The translations under genes and the position numbers were made by a program. From contig NC_043001.1 in the NCBI RefSeq assembly GCF_006345805.1, positions 101,184,001 through 101,248,000 on the forward strand: a stretch of DNA of 64,000 nucleotides, in the 5' to 3' direction. The stretch is from Octopus sinensis. Taxonomy: Eukaryota. Below the pieces are notes generated by a model. It was not told where the DNA came from and ran no database searches. It saw nothing but the letters and a program-made list of their open reading frames with translations. Below, in pieces: positions 24,304-36,814 of this stretch; the stretch's first letter is position 1, and each line of letters begins with the position of its first letter.

Positions 24304-24689
24304 GGAGCATGGTTTCAATTTCTATCTCCATCTATGGATTTCATTTGATGGACTTCGATTTTTAAAAAAATTTCTCTTATTGTTTTGATTTTTGTTTAAC
24401 ATTTGTCATTGTAGAAAGTCGTTGACACCACAGTTATTGCACCTGAGCATAAGGAGGGAGGAGGAGGGAGGAGGAGGGAGGAGGAGGGAGGAGGAGGGAG
24501 GAGGGGGAGGAGGGAGGAGGGGGAGGAGGGAGGAGGAGGAGGAGGAGGAGGAAGAGGATTGTGACAATGACGATGAGAAAGAGGAGGCAGAAAAGGATGA
24601 TGATGACCAATACAATGATAACTAATGAATTTGAATTTGATGGGGGTAGTGATGGCAGGGGAGTAATTATGATACTAATTGTGGTATTA

Positions 24690-24900
24690 TTATGGTAATG
24701 GAGGGTGCCACTGGTGCTGGTGCTGGTGCCACCTAAAAAGAACCCGGTGCACTCTGTAAAGTGGTTGGCATGAGGAAGGGCATCCAGCCGTAGAAACCAG
24801 ACAATTGGAGCCTGGTGCAACTCTCTGGCTGATCAGTTCCAGTCAAACCATAAATCTGATGCTAGCATGGAAAACAGTCAATAAAGATGATGATGGTGGT
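24690..24900 (+). mobile_element. S3 element
   Basis: GGTGCCACC...CACTCTGTAAAGTGGTTGGCATGAGGAAGGGCATCCAGCCGTAGAAACC...GCTAGCATGGAAAAC. Confidence 0.8.
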
Positions 24901-25015
24901 GGTGCAGCTGGTTATTGTGGTTATGATGGTGGTGGTGGTCGTGGTGAGGATAAGGAGGATGAGGAGGTTCCTAATCATAATAAAGCAAATTACAGTTTTT
25001 TCCCCGTATATGTGT

Positions 25016-25062
<47 letters not shown>

Positions 25063-26384
25063 CATCTACAACTAAACATGTAACATGCCGTTCTTTTTAA
25101 AAAGATGTGTATTGCGAAAATTTTGGCAACTATTTCTTGCACATTATGTGACCACAGAGATGTCTCCTGGATAAGAATGTATTTATGAAAAAAGTTAAAT
25201 AAAATGAGAAAAAATGAGAAAAAAAAACAGTTTCAAAAGTGTGCCACCCCAACACTCTAGCTTAGTGGTTCAGCAAAAGAGACTGATAGAATAGTTCCAG
25301 GCTTCAAAAAAATTAAGTGCTGGGTTCGATTCATTTGACTACAAATTATTCAAGGCTGTGCTCCAGCATGGCTACACTCTAATGGCTGAAACATGTAAAA
25401 TATAAACGATTTATTTGCCAGAAATTTAATTACGGTTTTAATTAAGGATTGCTTATAAAATCATTCCAACTTCCAGCTTTTTACTTGGAGTTTTGTTGAT
25501 TGTGTATGTTTCTCTAAATTGGTGAAATAATCTTATTTAATCTCGTCTCTTAATCTCACAAATCTTGTCTCTATTTTGCCAATATTTAATTTTTGTTTTT
25601 ATGATGTTGGGTGGAGGAGAAACAGTTCTCCAGACTAGGAAGTCAAGTCTTATGTAGATAAACTTCTCTAGGCAGGAAATGAAATCAGCAAAACAGTAAA
25701 TAGCTTTCGATATTATGGGGTTACCACAACATGGACAGCAGTCACCATGTAGCATGGCTTTGTCTACACCAATTTAATGGAGCGTGTGAGTTAATGTACT
25801 GCACATACTTCGGATGACTATAAACAGATCGTTTGTGCAGCTTGTATTCAACAAGAACGTGCAGAATCATCTTTCTTAGACTATGAAAGACTATCATCAT
25901 AACGTTCAACAAGTTATGAACCAGTTAACCAGCAGCCCAATATCCTATAGGCATGATCATCAGGTGGGATTCTCAGAATAAACTGCATGATGATAGACTT
26001 GTAGATAGTAACAGCTTCATAATGCTTCATCTTTGCTTTGATTTATTAAATTGGCTCACAATATTCTGTAATCCTTAACAGCAATTATTACAACTGTATG
26101 ACCCATGTTATTGAAGTAGACTTAAGACACAGATGTAGACAGTCAAATGTTTGGGTGCAGTGAACAAAATCTTATACAACAGCCATGTAATTCAGTTATG
26201 ATCTTCTGAAGCAGTCCACGGAGACAAAGTTATTCTATGAAATATTTGGGAGCAATGAACAAATGTAAGGTATTAGACATGTACAATAATTAAACACAAT
26301 GTAACGAGTAAGCATATTTCAATTTGTTAAAATTTCCTTTGCAGTGAGAAGAGGAAAACATAAGCTCAATATTTAAATTTTCAC

Positions 26385-27092
26385 CATCATCATCATTTCA
26401 TCATTTAGCGTCCGCTTTCCATGCTAGCATGGGTTGGACGGGTCAACTGGGGTCTGTGCAGCTGGAAGGCTTCGTCAGGCCCAGTCAGATCTGGCAGTGT
26501 TTCTACGGCTGGATGCCCTTCCTAACGCCAACCACTCCGCGAGTGTAGTGGGTGTTTTTTACGTGCCACCCGCACAGGTGCTAGACAGAGCTGGCGAACG
26601 GCCACGAACGGATGGTGCTTTTACGTGTCACCAGCACGGGGCCAGGCAATCATCATCATAATCATCATAATCATCATCATCATTTAATGTCCGTTTCCCA
26701 TGCTGGCATGCGTTGGATAATATGACAGGAGCTGGCAAACCAAAGAGCTACACTAGGCTCCCATCTGTTTTGGCATGGCTTCTATGGCTGGTTGCCTTTC
26801 CTAAAGCCAACCACTTTACAGAGTGCTTTACCGGGTGCTTTGTATGTGGTGTCTGCAAGCGTGCTTTTTATGTAGTGCCAGCACAAGTGCTTTTTCTATG
26901 TACCAGCTCCTTTTTACGAGGTGCCAGCATGGGTGCAGTTCATATGTGGCACCAGCATGGGTGCAGTTCATATGTGGAACTACCACAGGTGCTTTTTGCA
27001 TGGTATCAGCACAGGTGCTTTTTGCATGACACCAGCATGGGTGATTTTTATGTGGTGCCAGCATGGATGCTCTTCAAGTGGCACCAGCACCC
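26385..27092 (-). mobile_element. Two adjacent S3 elements; the second has an expanded tandem 5' module
   Basis: CATTTAGCGTCCGCTTTCCATGCTAGC at about 26401 and CATTTAATGTCCGTTTCCCATGCTGGC at about 26681; ~26-28-bp repeats at 26850-27092. Confidence 0.8.
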
Positions 27093-28239
27093 ATAGGGTT
27101 TGGTTTTTTTTCAAGGTCCTGTTTATTTTTCTAATCATACATATGGATCATTTCACCCAGTGGATAGATGCATAATACTTAGAGATGGAATTCTTAGATA
27201 TCACTGATTCTGGATACTGTGTTTGCTTGTAACCCTGTGCATTTGATTAAATTTAAAACAACCAAATATCTAAAACTGTCCATATTATGTCTGTGTGGTC
27301 ATTTTCCAATAAGCATAAAAATGGTTAAGCATGTTTTTAAAGACACTTCCATTGTATCAACAATTGGTAAAGGTCTTTATTATGTAGCTGGAAACTTTTA
27401 AACAACAAACAACATTGCTTTAAATAACTGCATCAGGCTTGGGAGACATCGAACAAATACTATTAGAGGCAACACAGTCCAGTGTTTTAGAGTTTTCAGA
27501 AATATGAACCTAAATATTATATTTTTAAAGAGTTTGGCTTTATTCTACCAAAAGATGTTTGCTTGCTTTCCCTCCAATTAACTACTCTGATTACAAAAAT
27601 TGTTAATTGGTTTAGCATGAATGTTCTTCATTGAAATAGAAGAAAAATTATTTAGAAATGAATGATAGAAATATAAACTGTGAAATGATTGTCTGTCGAA
27701 GCACTATCTGGTTTGGATAGTGAAGTATGCAAGCAGATAAACCTGCAGCAATGGATCTTAAAACACATTTTATGTAAATTATTGGAAAAGAAAATAATTA
27801 CGTAAAAAATATTCTAAATCATATTCTATGAGGGAACCAATAAAAAATTACTTGCACTAGCATCTTGAATTTTATGTTTGTAAGTACATCTTTTCAAGAT
27901 TCAACTCCCAACCTGTGCAAACTATTTGAAAACCTTAAGGAATTCAGAAACTTGTACCTCAACAAGTGTGTAGAGATTTCCAGCAAAGAAAAGACCCAAA
28001 GCATTGGAATGAGCTTCAAATGTGTCTTTCGTTTGAAACGAACTTAGATGTGGGTGAATATCTCTTGTGCACTTTTGGGGTGCACAAAGCAATCACTCTC
28101 ACTAGCCGTTGCTTTAACAATCCAGATTCTCTACAAGTCGGAAACAACAAGACGCAGACGTAAAATATACATATAACTACTTTATTCTCTTTCTTGGTAA
28201 ACAATAACAATAAGTGTGTTATCTGATGTCCTTGATTCT

Positions 28240-28640
28240 GGGCGCGCAAGGCTGAAAGTTAATAGATTGTAATATTTACAATCTTCAGCCCACTTTCAGC
28301 CCAAAACAGAAAGGGGTCAAGATGGCGTCGAACAATGGAGACGATGTTGGTCTGCAACAATTTTGGTTAAAAGTCTTCGGCCAAAGGACTGCTAGAATCT
28401 AATCCTGACGGAGAGAATATATGCGTGACCGCCGCCTTCAATCGCTGGGTCCCAAGTCATTGGCTGCTGCTGCTAGCGGTCAAACGTTCTACGACCCCCT
28501 TGCCTCGCTAACTGCTACGTAGGCAATAGGGTCGTGCTACCGGTGGTTCGCGCATGCGCGAGAGGGCCCTTCCTTTCTGTGCCTTGGTGAAGGCACCAAC
28601 ACGCGCGAAATACAAATGGTCGGTGCGCGAGCGCGCGTTA
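28240..28640. promoter_or_regulatory. CpG-rich promoter-like island with housekeeping-type motifs
   Basis: Dense CpG/CGCG in otherwise CpG-poor DNA. YY1-like CAAGATGGCG 28318-28327, CCAAT box (AGCCAATGA on minus; ATTGG 28459-28463), NRF1 GCGCATGCGC 28550-28559, E2F-like GCGCGAAA 28603-28610. Confidence 0.7.
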
Positions 28641-28749
28641 TAATATCACTACACGTTTGACAAAAGAATCATCTCTTTATCAAAAGCAACAATCCATTCT
28701 GAAATGGTGAAATGCCTCAAAGTTTTAAAGCATGAGATGAACGACTTGA

Positions 28750-29200
28750 TGTAATGGGATAGAAATTACTGGATCATCACGTTGAATTGGGAAGCCAAAC
28801 AATGGAAATTTCTTTGGTATGATAGAATTGTTGCTAAAGTGGCTTCTTATTCTCCAAGAGCATGTACTACAAGCAGAAAAATACTGGAAGAAGAGTGAAA
28901 ACTTTCAAATTTACTTCAGATCACCTGAGAAAAAAAAAAGTTTACCACAAAATGGTATTATCTTGGATGCACCATATTTTGCTGGAAAGAAAGTCTTCAA
29001 ACTATTTTGCAAATATAGCAATACAACATGAGATTCCTCCCATGTTGTGCCAACAACATTTCTCTTGAGGCACTTCAATTTAAAAAAGGTGTGCAGTAAT
29101 ATACAATGGGAAGATATAGCTCTGTCAATCCTGGAGCCTTACAAGAGAATGCCATTCCTCTCAGTATTCCTGAAAGACACATGTATATAACAACAGAGCC
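28750..29200 (+). pseudogene. Possible degenerate IS630/Tc1/mariner-superfamily transposase, C-terminal part
   Basis: LPQNGIILDAPYF resembles LPPNSVIVMDNAPYH. After a frame change, QHEIPPMLCQ resembles HEVLRLPPYHCE. Multiple stops and frameshifts; no TIRs found. Confidence 0.35.
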
Positions 29201-29529
29201 AACATATTGGTAAAGTATGATAAGAGTTCAAGGGAAAACCTCTGCCAACATTGCTGCCATAATCTCAGTTTGTATGGAATCGATGTGATTGAGTGCTTTC
29301 TGAAATTATGGCATGTTTTACAAGAGTTTAAATAATTTATAATTCCAGCAGATTACAACAAAAATTTCTTTGCTCTCTACATTGAATATCAGAAACCAGA
29401 TGAGTTGACAGACTCGAAACTATCCAACAGTTTAGTATCTCACTTTACTGCAACATCTTTTAGAACTTAACTGAACTGCCAAGATAAGGGATGAGGTCAA
29501 TCAGGTATCATTATCTTGCCTATAATCTT

Positions 29530-29579
<50 letters not shown>

Positions 29580-30389
29580 CTAAGCAGTGAATGTATATAA
29601 ATACAAATTTGTTCCCAGTTCAAATGTGTTTGAGGCATATTCAGACCTGTAAGAAAGCCATTCTCTGTATTTTGTCTTGGAGAAAATTTCTTGCCGTAGA
29701 CAGACAGGAGTAAATACACCAAGTCAGCTTGCAGCAGCCCCTAACCAGACTGTTACATGGATGCATTTTGGAGTGGTTATGTCCTCTTCAGCAGCAGAGA
29801 CCAGAAAGCAGATGCTGTGAACTGACACAAGAGACAGGTCCCGCTTGTATATTTTAACTGCTAACAAGTTGGTATTTAAAATGCTTTAATTTACATCTTA
29901 GGGACAGGGTTTGGTATAAAGTATCAATAGTAAAAGACGTGTGTTTTCTTACATCATACACCAAGTTTCATATTTCATTCTAACCAATATTTTTATTTAT
30001 AAAAGATAAACCTTCAGCTTTAAAATTTTATGCTCTACCATTATCTTTCTCAAAAGGACTAAGGCATGTAAGGTCAATTTCCACCTTAAATTCTCCATTT
30101 TCACTGGAGGACCAACTTCTCTGAAGTGAGGAGAGGGGAGACATTCTTGTTTCACTTTGCAAAACTTCTCCTGGAGAACCTGAGTCTACACACACATAAA
30201 TGCATAATTTTATTAGAATTATTGTAGCAGTGTGAAACTAGAAATAAGAGAATTGTGGATATAAAGTAGACAGGAAAACTGAAAACTTGGCTAAATATAA
30301 ATATAACGTTAAAAAAATAGAAACTAGCTGGCGGCATGTTACTATCCAACTTATGCTAAAATGGTAAAAGAAAAACACAATGAAATACA

Positions 30390-30390
30390 T

Positions 30391-30427
<37 letters not shown>

Positions 30428-30446
30428 TCCATATATATATTTATGG

Positions 30447-30480
<34 letters not shown>

Positions 30481-30816
30481 GTATATATGTATATGTCATA
30501 CACACACATATATACATGCACATACATTAACATATAAATATAAATCTACAAATTTGATTACAGTGGTGATCATGCTGATTGTGGTACTGCTAATGATGAT
30601 GATGATGGACACAAATATTTTCTGTGGAGGGAGACAACGAAGTTTGTAGACAATGACAATCTGAAAAAGTTGATTTGATTAATTAAACATTCCCCCATTT
30701 CTCATTTGATACGTCAAGATGTAAAAGTATTTTAGATGCATCTCTCGTTTTTCATCATACAAGCCAAAATTAGTTTTAAATAAGTAATAATAAAATTATA
30801 TGTGTGTGTATGTATA

Positions 30817-30879
<63 letters not shown>

Positions 30880-30977
30880 TGTATGTATGCATGTATATAC
30901 ATATATATAATATATACAATATATATATACATATACATACATATATATATTTATATGTATATAAATATATATATATT

Positions 30978-31008
<31 letters not shown>

Positions 31009-31160
31009 GTGTATGTGTGTATCTGTGTATGTATGTATCTATGTATGGAATGTATGCATACACAAACATGCATACACATACATAATGCATATGTATTTAT
31101 AAATATCATATTATCTATGCATGTACATATGTGTGTGTGTATGTATGTATATAAAATATT
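30390..31160. repeat. (TA)n-rich microsatellite cluster
   Basis: Visible runs. Confidence 0.9.
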
Positions 31161-31619
31161 TATAACATGAAATATATTTCAGAGTGCTAATGATAACATC
31201 TGCACAGTAGGATGTAATATATAATAGATTTTCTTTTTAGAGTTGTTTCTTTTTTTTCTTCTTTCTTTTCCATTGTTTTCTCAGAAAGCTTCTGTTTATT
31301 TTATCTATAAACGAGATATTTAAGTTTAACGAAAATATTGAAAGTTTATAACATTTTATGTATATCATTCTAAAATAAATGGTTTAGGATTTTCAGCACT
31401 TTGGAACTTGGACAAGTGTTTGGATCGTATAGCTCTAGGAATCCAAGAGGAAATTTCAAAATGGTTCCTGGCAAATCTTGGATGAAACTGATGCAATTTG
31501 AATATTGGTAGATAAGTTTCATCCACTTGCTTTTGGAATGTGAAATTAGCTCATATTTTGAAGTCAGACATATTTGATAAAGTATCCCAATAGATTATGG
31601 AGTTAATTACTTTAACCTA

Positions 31620-31858
31620 CGTGTGGCAAGCAATTTGCTAGGCCCTGGGTTCAGTCCCACAGCATGGTACTTTTGGCCAGTGTCTTCTACCATAGCCCAG
31701 TATTGGTGTGTTTATGTCCCCGTAATCTAAAAGAGACTGAAAGAATAAGTACCAGGCTTTTAAAAGTACTGGAGTCGATTCCTTCAACTAAAAATTCTTC
31801 ATAGTGGTGCCCCAACAGGGCCTGAGTCTAATGACTGAAACAAGTAAAAGAAAAAAAG
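31620..31858 (+). mobile_element. S2 SINE with internal deletion
   Basis: GGGTTCAGTCCCACAGCATGG...CAGTGTCTTCTAC joined to TATTGGTGTGTTTATGTCCCCGTAA and the tail. Confidence 0.75.
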
Positions 31859-32569
31859 AATCTACAAGAAACATACTGACACACATTCCACAAATGTTTT
31901 GCATACAGAGGCACACCATGTGACATAACATGCACGCACACACACACAGACACACACAGATAATCAGACACATTCATATATATGTACTAGAATCTTAAAG
32001 GTTTTCCCCTTCCTCCCTGCCTCTGTTACTCACATGTCACTACAGACCATTTCTCTTCCCCCTGTCTCTTCTGGACTTAGACGTTCACTGGGTTGGATGT
32101 CATTTTTCTCACCTCCTACCATTTTACTTCTAATTTTTCTGTTTCCCTTCAAAATTTCTCTCAGGCTTTATCCATTACAATTCGTCTTGGCCTAACGGCC
32201 CTTATTGTTTGTCTTTGTCGATTGTATACTCTGTACATCGACTCTGATGCTGCTTGTTCGTTTGAAGCTCTAACTCTCCATGAGTTTTATATTTTTTTTT
32301 TATTTCTGGATGCTGCTGTCTTATGAAGTATTCCTATCTTATCGTTAAAAACACGAAATAGGAGTAATAAACAGTCCAACAACCGACGAGGAGTTATCTT
32401 CGTTTCGTATTTTGTCCTGAACTTTTCTCTCGTGTATTTATGCATTTTTCACTCATTGTTGATGTCTTGTACTTATTGTGCATGTTTGTGGTATTTTGTC
32501 CTGTACACAATGTGTATTTTTCATTTTATTTATTTGTACATACATAGATATACACACAGGATAGTTGAA

Positions 32570-33680
32570 CAATTACTTGGAGAGAGACCTGATAGTAGGC
32601 TACTGGTACAAAAAGCAGCTCACTTCCTACAGGGAAATTCTTATGAATTTGTTTAAAAAAACAATGTATGCTGTGCTAGGTATACCAGCTTGGCTGATGG
32701 CTACATGAACCACTTTATTGCCAAAAGCAAAGAGACTCATGTGGCCAAAACTACAGGCCCATAGCATGGCTAAATATTATGGTATAAGCTGTACACAGGC
32801 TGTCTGGATATGTTTCTCCAAGATCACTGCCAAACAAATGGTGTGATAGCCAAAGAAGAAGCAGAAGAAATAAAGAAGTCTCCTCAACAAAGATGTCCTT
32901 AAGGAAGCAAAGTAACATCACCATAATCTCCTAATAGTATGGCTAGATTACAAGAAGGCATTTGGCTCTCTGTCCCATTCATGGCTGACAGAATCACTTG
33001 ATCTTGCCAAAGTGCTGGCTGCTATAGTGAATGCCATTGATAGACTGACTGCAACATGGTCCACACAGTTATCACTGACAACAAAAGCAAAGCCTTTTGT
33101 TACAAACAGAATGAAGCTACCAACAGGCATATTCCAATGGAATAGTCTATCTGTAATGCTGTTTGTGCTGGCTGTGAACTTCTTGCCAGCCTTGTTAACA
33201 AAATGCCAAGGCTAAATGCTGGGAGATGCAGAAAAGAATAAAAATAATTTCACTCACACATTTTTTGTTGATGACCTAAAAATATATGTTGGAAATATGA
33301 TTGACACCAAGAGACAATTAGAACTGGTCACAACATCCTCATCAGATATAGGAATGGGGGTTGAGTCATGACAAATGCTCATATATGATAGTCAACTGAG
33401 GAAAGATTGTCGACCAGTAAGAGAGCATGTACATCAATGGATTGATATTGTGAAAACTATTTACAGGGCTATCTACAAGAAGGACGGCCCTGATGTATAC
33501 ACCAAAGGCATGTTAGAACAAGGGATATCAATAAAAACATCAGTTTGGTGCAAAGATAGCAGAACTGATATTGTTCTGTGGGTTAAGGAACAAAAGCCAT
33601 GCACTGTTGTAGAGATCAGCTGACCAGCAGATGGGACTGTACATTCAAATGTCCATGAAAAGAAGGATGTTTACAGTGAA
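32570..33680 (+). pseudogene. R4/Dong-like (REL-type) non-LTR retrotransposon: RT plus endonuclease remnant with internal deletion
   Basis: RT segments TTLLPK...YRP, WLDYKKAFGSLSHSWL, GIFQWNSLSVMLFVLAVN and FVDDLKIY, followed soon after by the REL segment RTDIVLWVKEQKPCTVVEIS*PAD...EKKDVYSEL; stops and frameshifts throughout. Confidence 0.85.
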
Positions 33681-33689
33681 TTGAGCAAA

Positions 33690-33870
33690 ACACTTCATTT
33701 CACATTGCTCCAGTCCACTCAGCTGTAAATGGGTCTACCCTGCCATGGAATAGCCTTCCGATTGGAGGAACGTTGGCCTTCTTGCCTAACCAACAGGGTG
33801 GCCTCAATCAAATGCTAAACCAATGCAAAGCTCATGGTGACCAGTGTTGTATAACAACATTTGGTAGTCT
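33690..33870 (+). mobile_element. CORE-like SINE fragment
   Basis: TTGAGCAAAACACTTCATTTCACATTGCTCCAGTCCACTCAGCTGTAAATGG is shared with the S4 core; the tail differs. Confidence 0.6.
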
Positions 33871-34621
33871 GGTCAATAGCATAATGTATGTATATATGTA
33901 TGTATGTGTATGTATGTATGTATTTTTGTATAGGTGTGTGTGTGTGTATACATGTACATATGTATGTGTGTATGTGTGTGTAAGTGTATGCCCCTGTGCA
34001 TGTCTGAATGCTTCTTTACATTTGAAGTGTAAGAAAAATATTCATTGAGAGTATTTATCTTACACACTCACACACACATTCAAACAGTCATATGTGAATG
34101 ACTTCCAGCTCTGCTCCCTAAAGTGAGCCCTCAACAATTATCCCATATACTATCCATCCAAACCACAAACTGTTGTTGTTGACGTTTAACCCTAGGATCC
34201 CTGATTGAGCAGACATAATCAAACACATTCCAGCTGTGGCCCTCCCATCTTCATCAGACATGTTTTATCTTAGACTATATTTTCCAATATGTCCTTTCTT
34301 TTCCTTTTAAGATGGTAAAGTGAATTTATTAAGACATTTGGCTGCTAGTTTTAGCAAGGCAAGTAACCTCATAGAGAAATGGCTCTCAACCATTTTATTT
34401 TTGCCTTCAGAAACCTTTTGATTCCTTTTTTTTTCACTACTGGGCCCTCATATTCAGTCACTGTTTATAGAAATCCTTTTATATTTGTATAATTAAATGC
34501 TATTCAGAATTCTTTTATATGCTTCAGCCTTGAGACTGTGGCCAGGCTGGAGCACCGCCAGGGATTTGTATATAATAAAAGTTTGTTAAAATATTTTGTG
34601 TAATGCAGAATCATAACTGAT

Positions 34622-35010
34622 TTCATCATCATCATCATCATCGTTTAGCGTCCGTTTTCCATGCTAGCACGGGTTGGACGGTTCTACTGGGGTCTGTGAA
34701 GCCAGAAGGCTTCATCAGGCCCAGTCAAATCTGGCAGTGTTTCTACGGCTGGATGCCCTTCCTAATGCCAACCACTCCGTGAGTGAAGTGGGTGCTTTTT
34801 ACGTGCCACCCGCACAGGTGCCAGACAGAGCTGGCAAACGGCCATGAACGGATGGTGCTTTTTATGTGCCACCAGCACGAGGGCCAGGCGAGGCTGGCAA
34901 TGGACACGAACGGATGGTGCTTTTTACGTGCCATCGGCACGAGGCCAGTCGGGGCGGCGCTGGCAACGGTCACGAAACGGAAGGTTCTCTTACATGCCAC
35001 CGGCACTGGT
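34622..35010 (-). mobile_element. S3 element with ~60-bp tandem 5' modules
   Basis: CATCGTTTAGCGTCCGTTTTCCATGCTAGCACGGG...; repeated GAACGGATGGTGCTTTTTA(C/T)GTGCCA. Confidence 0.85.
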
Positions 35011-35659
35011 TTTATCGCAGATAAATTTTAACAGTGAAATCTTAGACAGACCCCGCTCAACGGTCATACGGACCAAGTTGAGAAGTACTGCCATTGAGAG
35101 ACACTCTTATTGGCTCAGTCTAACCACTGTTCAAATCAGCTTGTTATAGCCTGGCTGATATACAAATGTTTTCAAGCCAAAGGTAACACATCTTGCTTCT
35201 GTTTCTACCTCAAGGGTGTTGCACAATTGAACACAGCTTCATAATATTCAAATAAATTCTGCTATGTATGTGCATACGTGTGCGTATGTGTGTGTGTATG
35301 TGTATGTGTGTGCTTTTGTGTTATAATGTTATCATAATATTTTGCTTTTTTATTGCCTACATACTAAGATATATATATATATTACCATGAGTATGCTTCA
35401 TTGCATTATGTTTTTATAATGTATTATTGCTATTATCATTGTCAAAAATCATTATCATCATCATCATCATCACCATTATTATTATTGCTATTATTATTAT
35501 CACTGCTGTTGTTGTTGTTGTTGTACATGCTTCATCATACATTATTAAAGGTACTATTGTTGTTTTGTATAGTCATTGTGTTAACAATTGTATCTGCTAT
35601 GTTTATTGTATTAATATTGGACATGAATCAATATCACAGCAGGGCCATAAAGAAATCTT

Positions 35660-35716
35660 CAATAACAATTCATACACACATACATACATACATATGTATA
35701 TACGTATATATATATG

Positions 35717-35748
<32 letters not shown>

Positions 35749-35805
35749 CATACATATATATATATATATATATATATTTATACACACACACATATATACA
35801 CACAC

Positions 35806-35848
<43 letters not shown>

Positions 35849-36150
35849 AAGATAGATACATACATACATACATGCATGCATACATACATACATACATACA
35901 TGCACACACACATATATATGTTATGTGTGTATATATATATAATACATATATATATATATATATATATATTGATATCGATTGATAGATACATACATACATA
36001 CACACGTAGATACATACATACATACATACATACATACATACATACATACATACATACATACATGCATACATACATACATACATACATACATACACATACA
36101 TACATACACACACTTATACGCACACATACATATATGTATGTCTGTATGTA
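35660..36150. repeat. (TA)n/(CATA)n microsatellite cluster
   Basis: Visible runs. Confidence 0.9.
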
Positions 36151-36619
36151 AACACTTATGTGTAAATAAAAGGAAAGCAACAGAGTATTCAATGCCAAAG
36201 CTAGAGTTATATAATTATTTGGAAGCTGAAAGTTCACAAATGATTTTGCTGGGATTCTTATTATTGATATCACAGAATGATAAGGAAAATGGAACAAGAA
36301 ATTTGGTCAGACGTAAGATTAGTGAGAAAATGCTTGAATACTATAATGAGGGAAGGTTGAATATCATAGAACAAAAGAATCCAACAGGCTCACAATATTA
36401 AATGCTGTTTCATAAAGAAGGAAATGCATTTAAAAGGGAGCAGCTGAAAATGATCTTATTCAGTAGGCACCCCAAGCACAAGCTGCAGCTGCTCTTTTAC
36501 ACAAGATCTCATCTAATTAATATAAATTTGTGCGTGTGTGTGTGTATACACTTGCAAACTATATTTATGTAGTACACACACACGTATATATACACATAAG
36601 CACACACACACACACACAC

Positions 36620-36763
36620 AGTCTCATAGAAGTGCTGACACAAAACGATCGTAGTGGTTATTTTAATTAATTTAATTAAATTTAATTTATATAAATTATT
36701 TTATGTATTGGCTTAAGTCTTTCTTTGTTTGATTTGCATAATAGTGGTTTTGTCTCTAATTTA

Positions 36764-36765
<2 letters not shown>
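36620..36765 (+). mobile_element. Probable PLE-type terminal repeat with a decayed hammerhead-like motif (family F)
   Basis: CTCATAGA-A-GTG-CTGA-CAC-AAAAC-GATC-GTA-GTGG, followed by an AT-rich tail ending at (TA)n; the core is mutated. Confidence 0.4.

Positions 36766-36814
<49 letters not shown>

Noticed and set aside
28584-28596. 13-bp match (GTGCCTTCACCAA) between the promoter minus strand and the LTR end near 42753
   Set aside because: A short isolated match with no flanking homology; chance is sufficient
30040-30190. Minus-strand 50-codon open frame DSGSPGEVLQSETRMSPLSS...
   Set aside because: The acceptor is a TG repeat, the donor is weak and no family is recognisable
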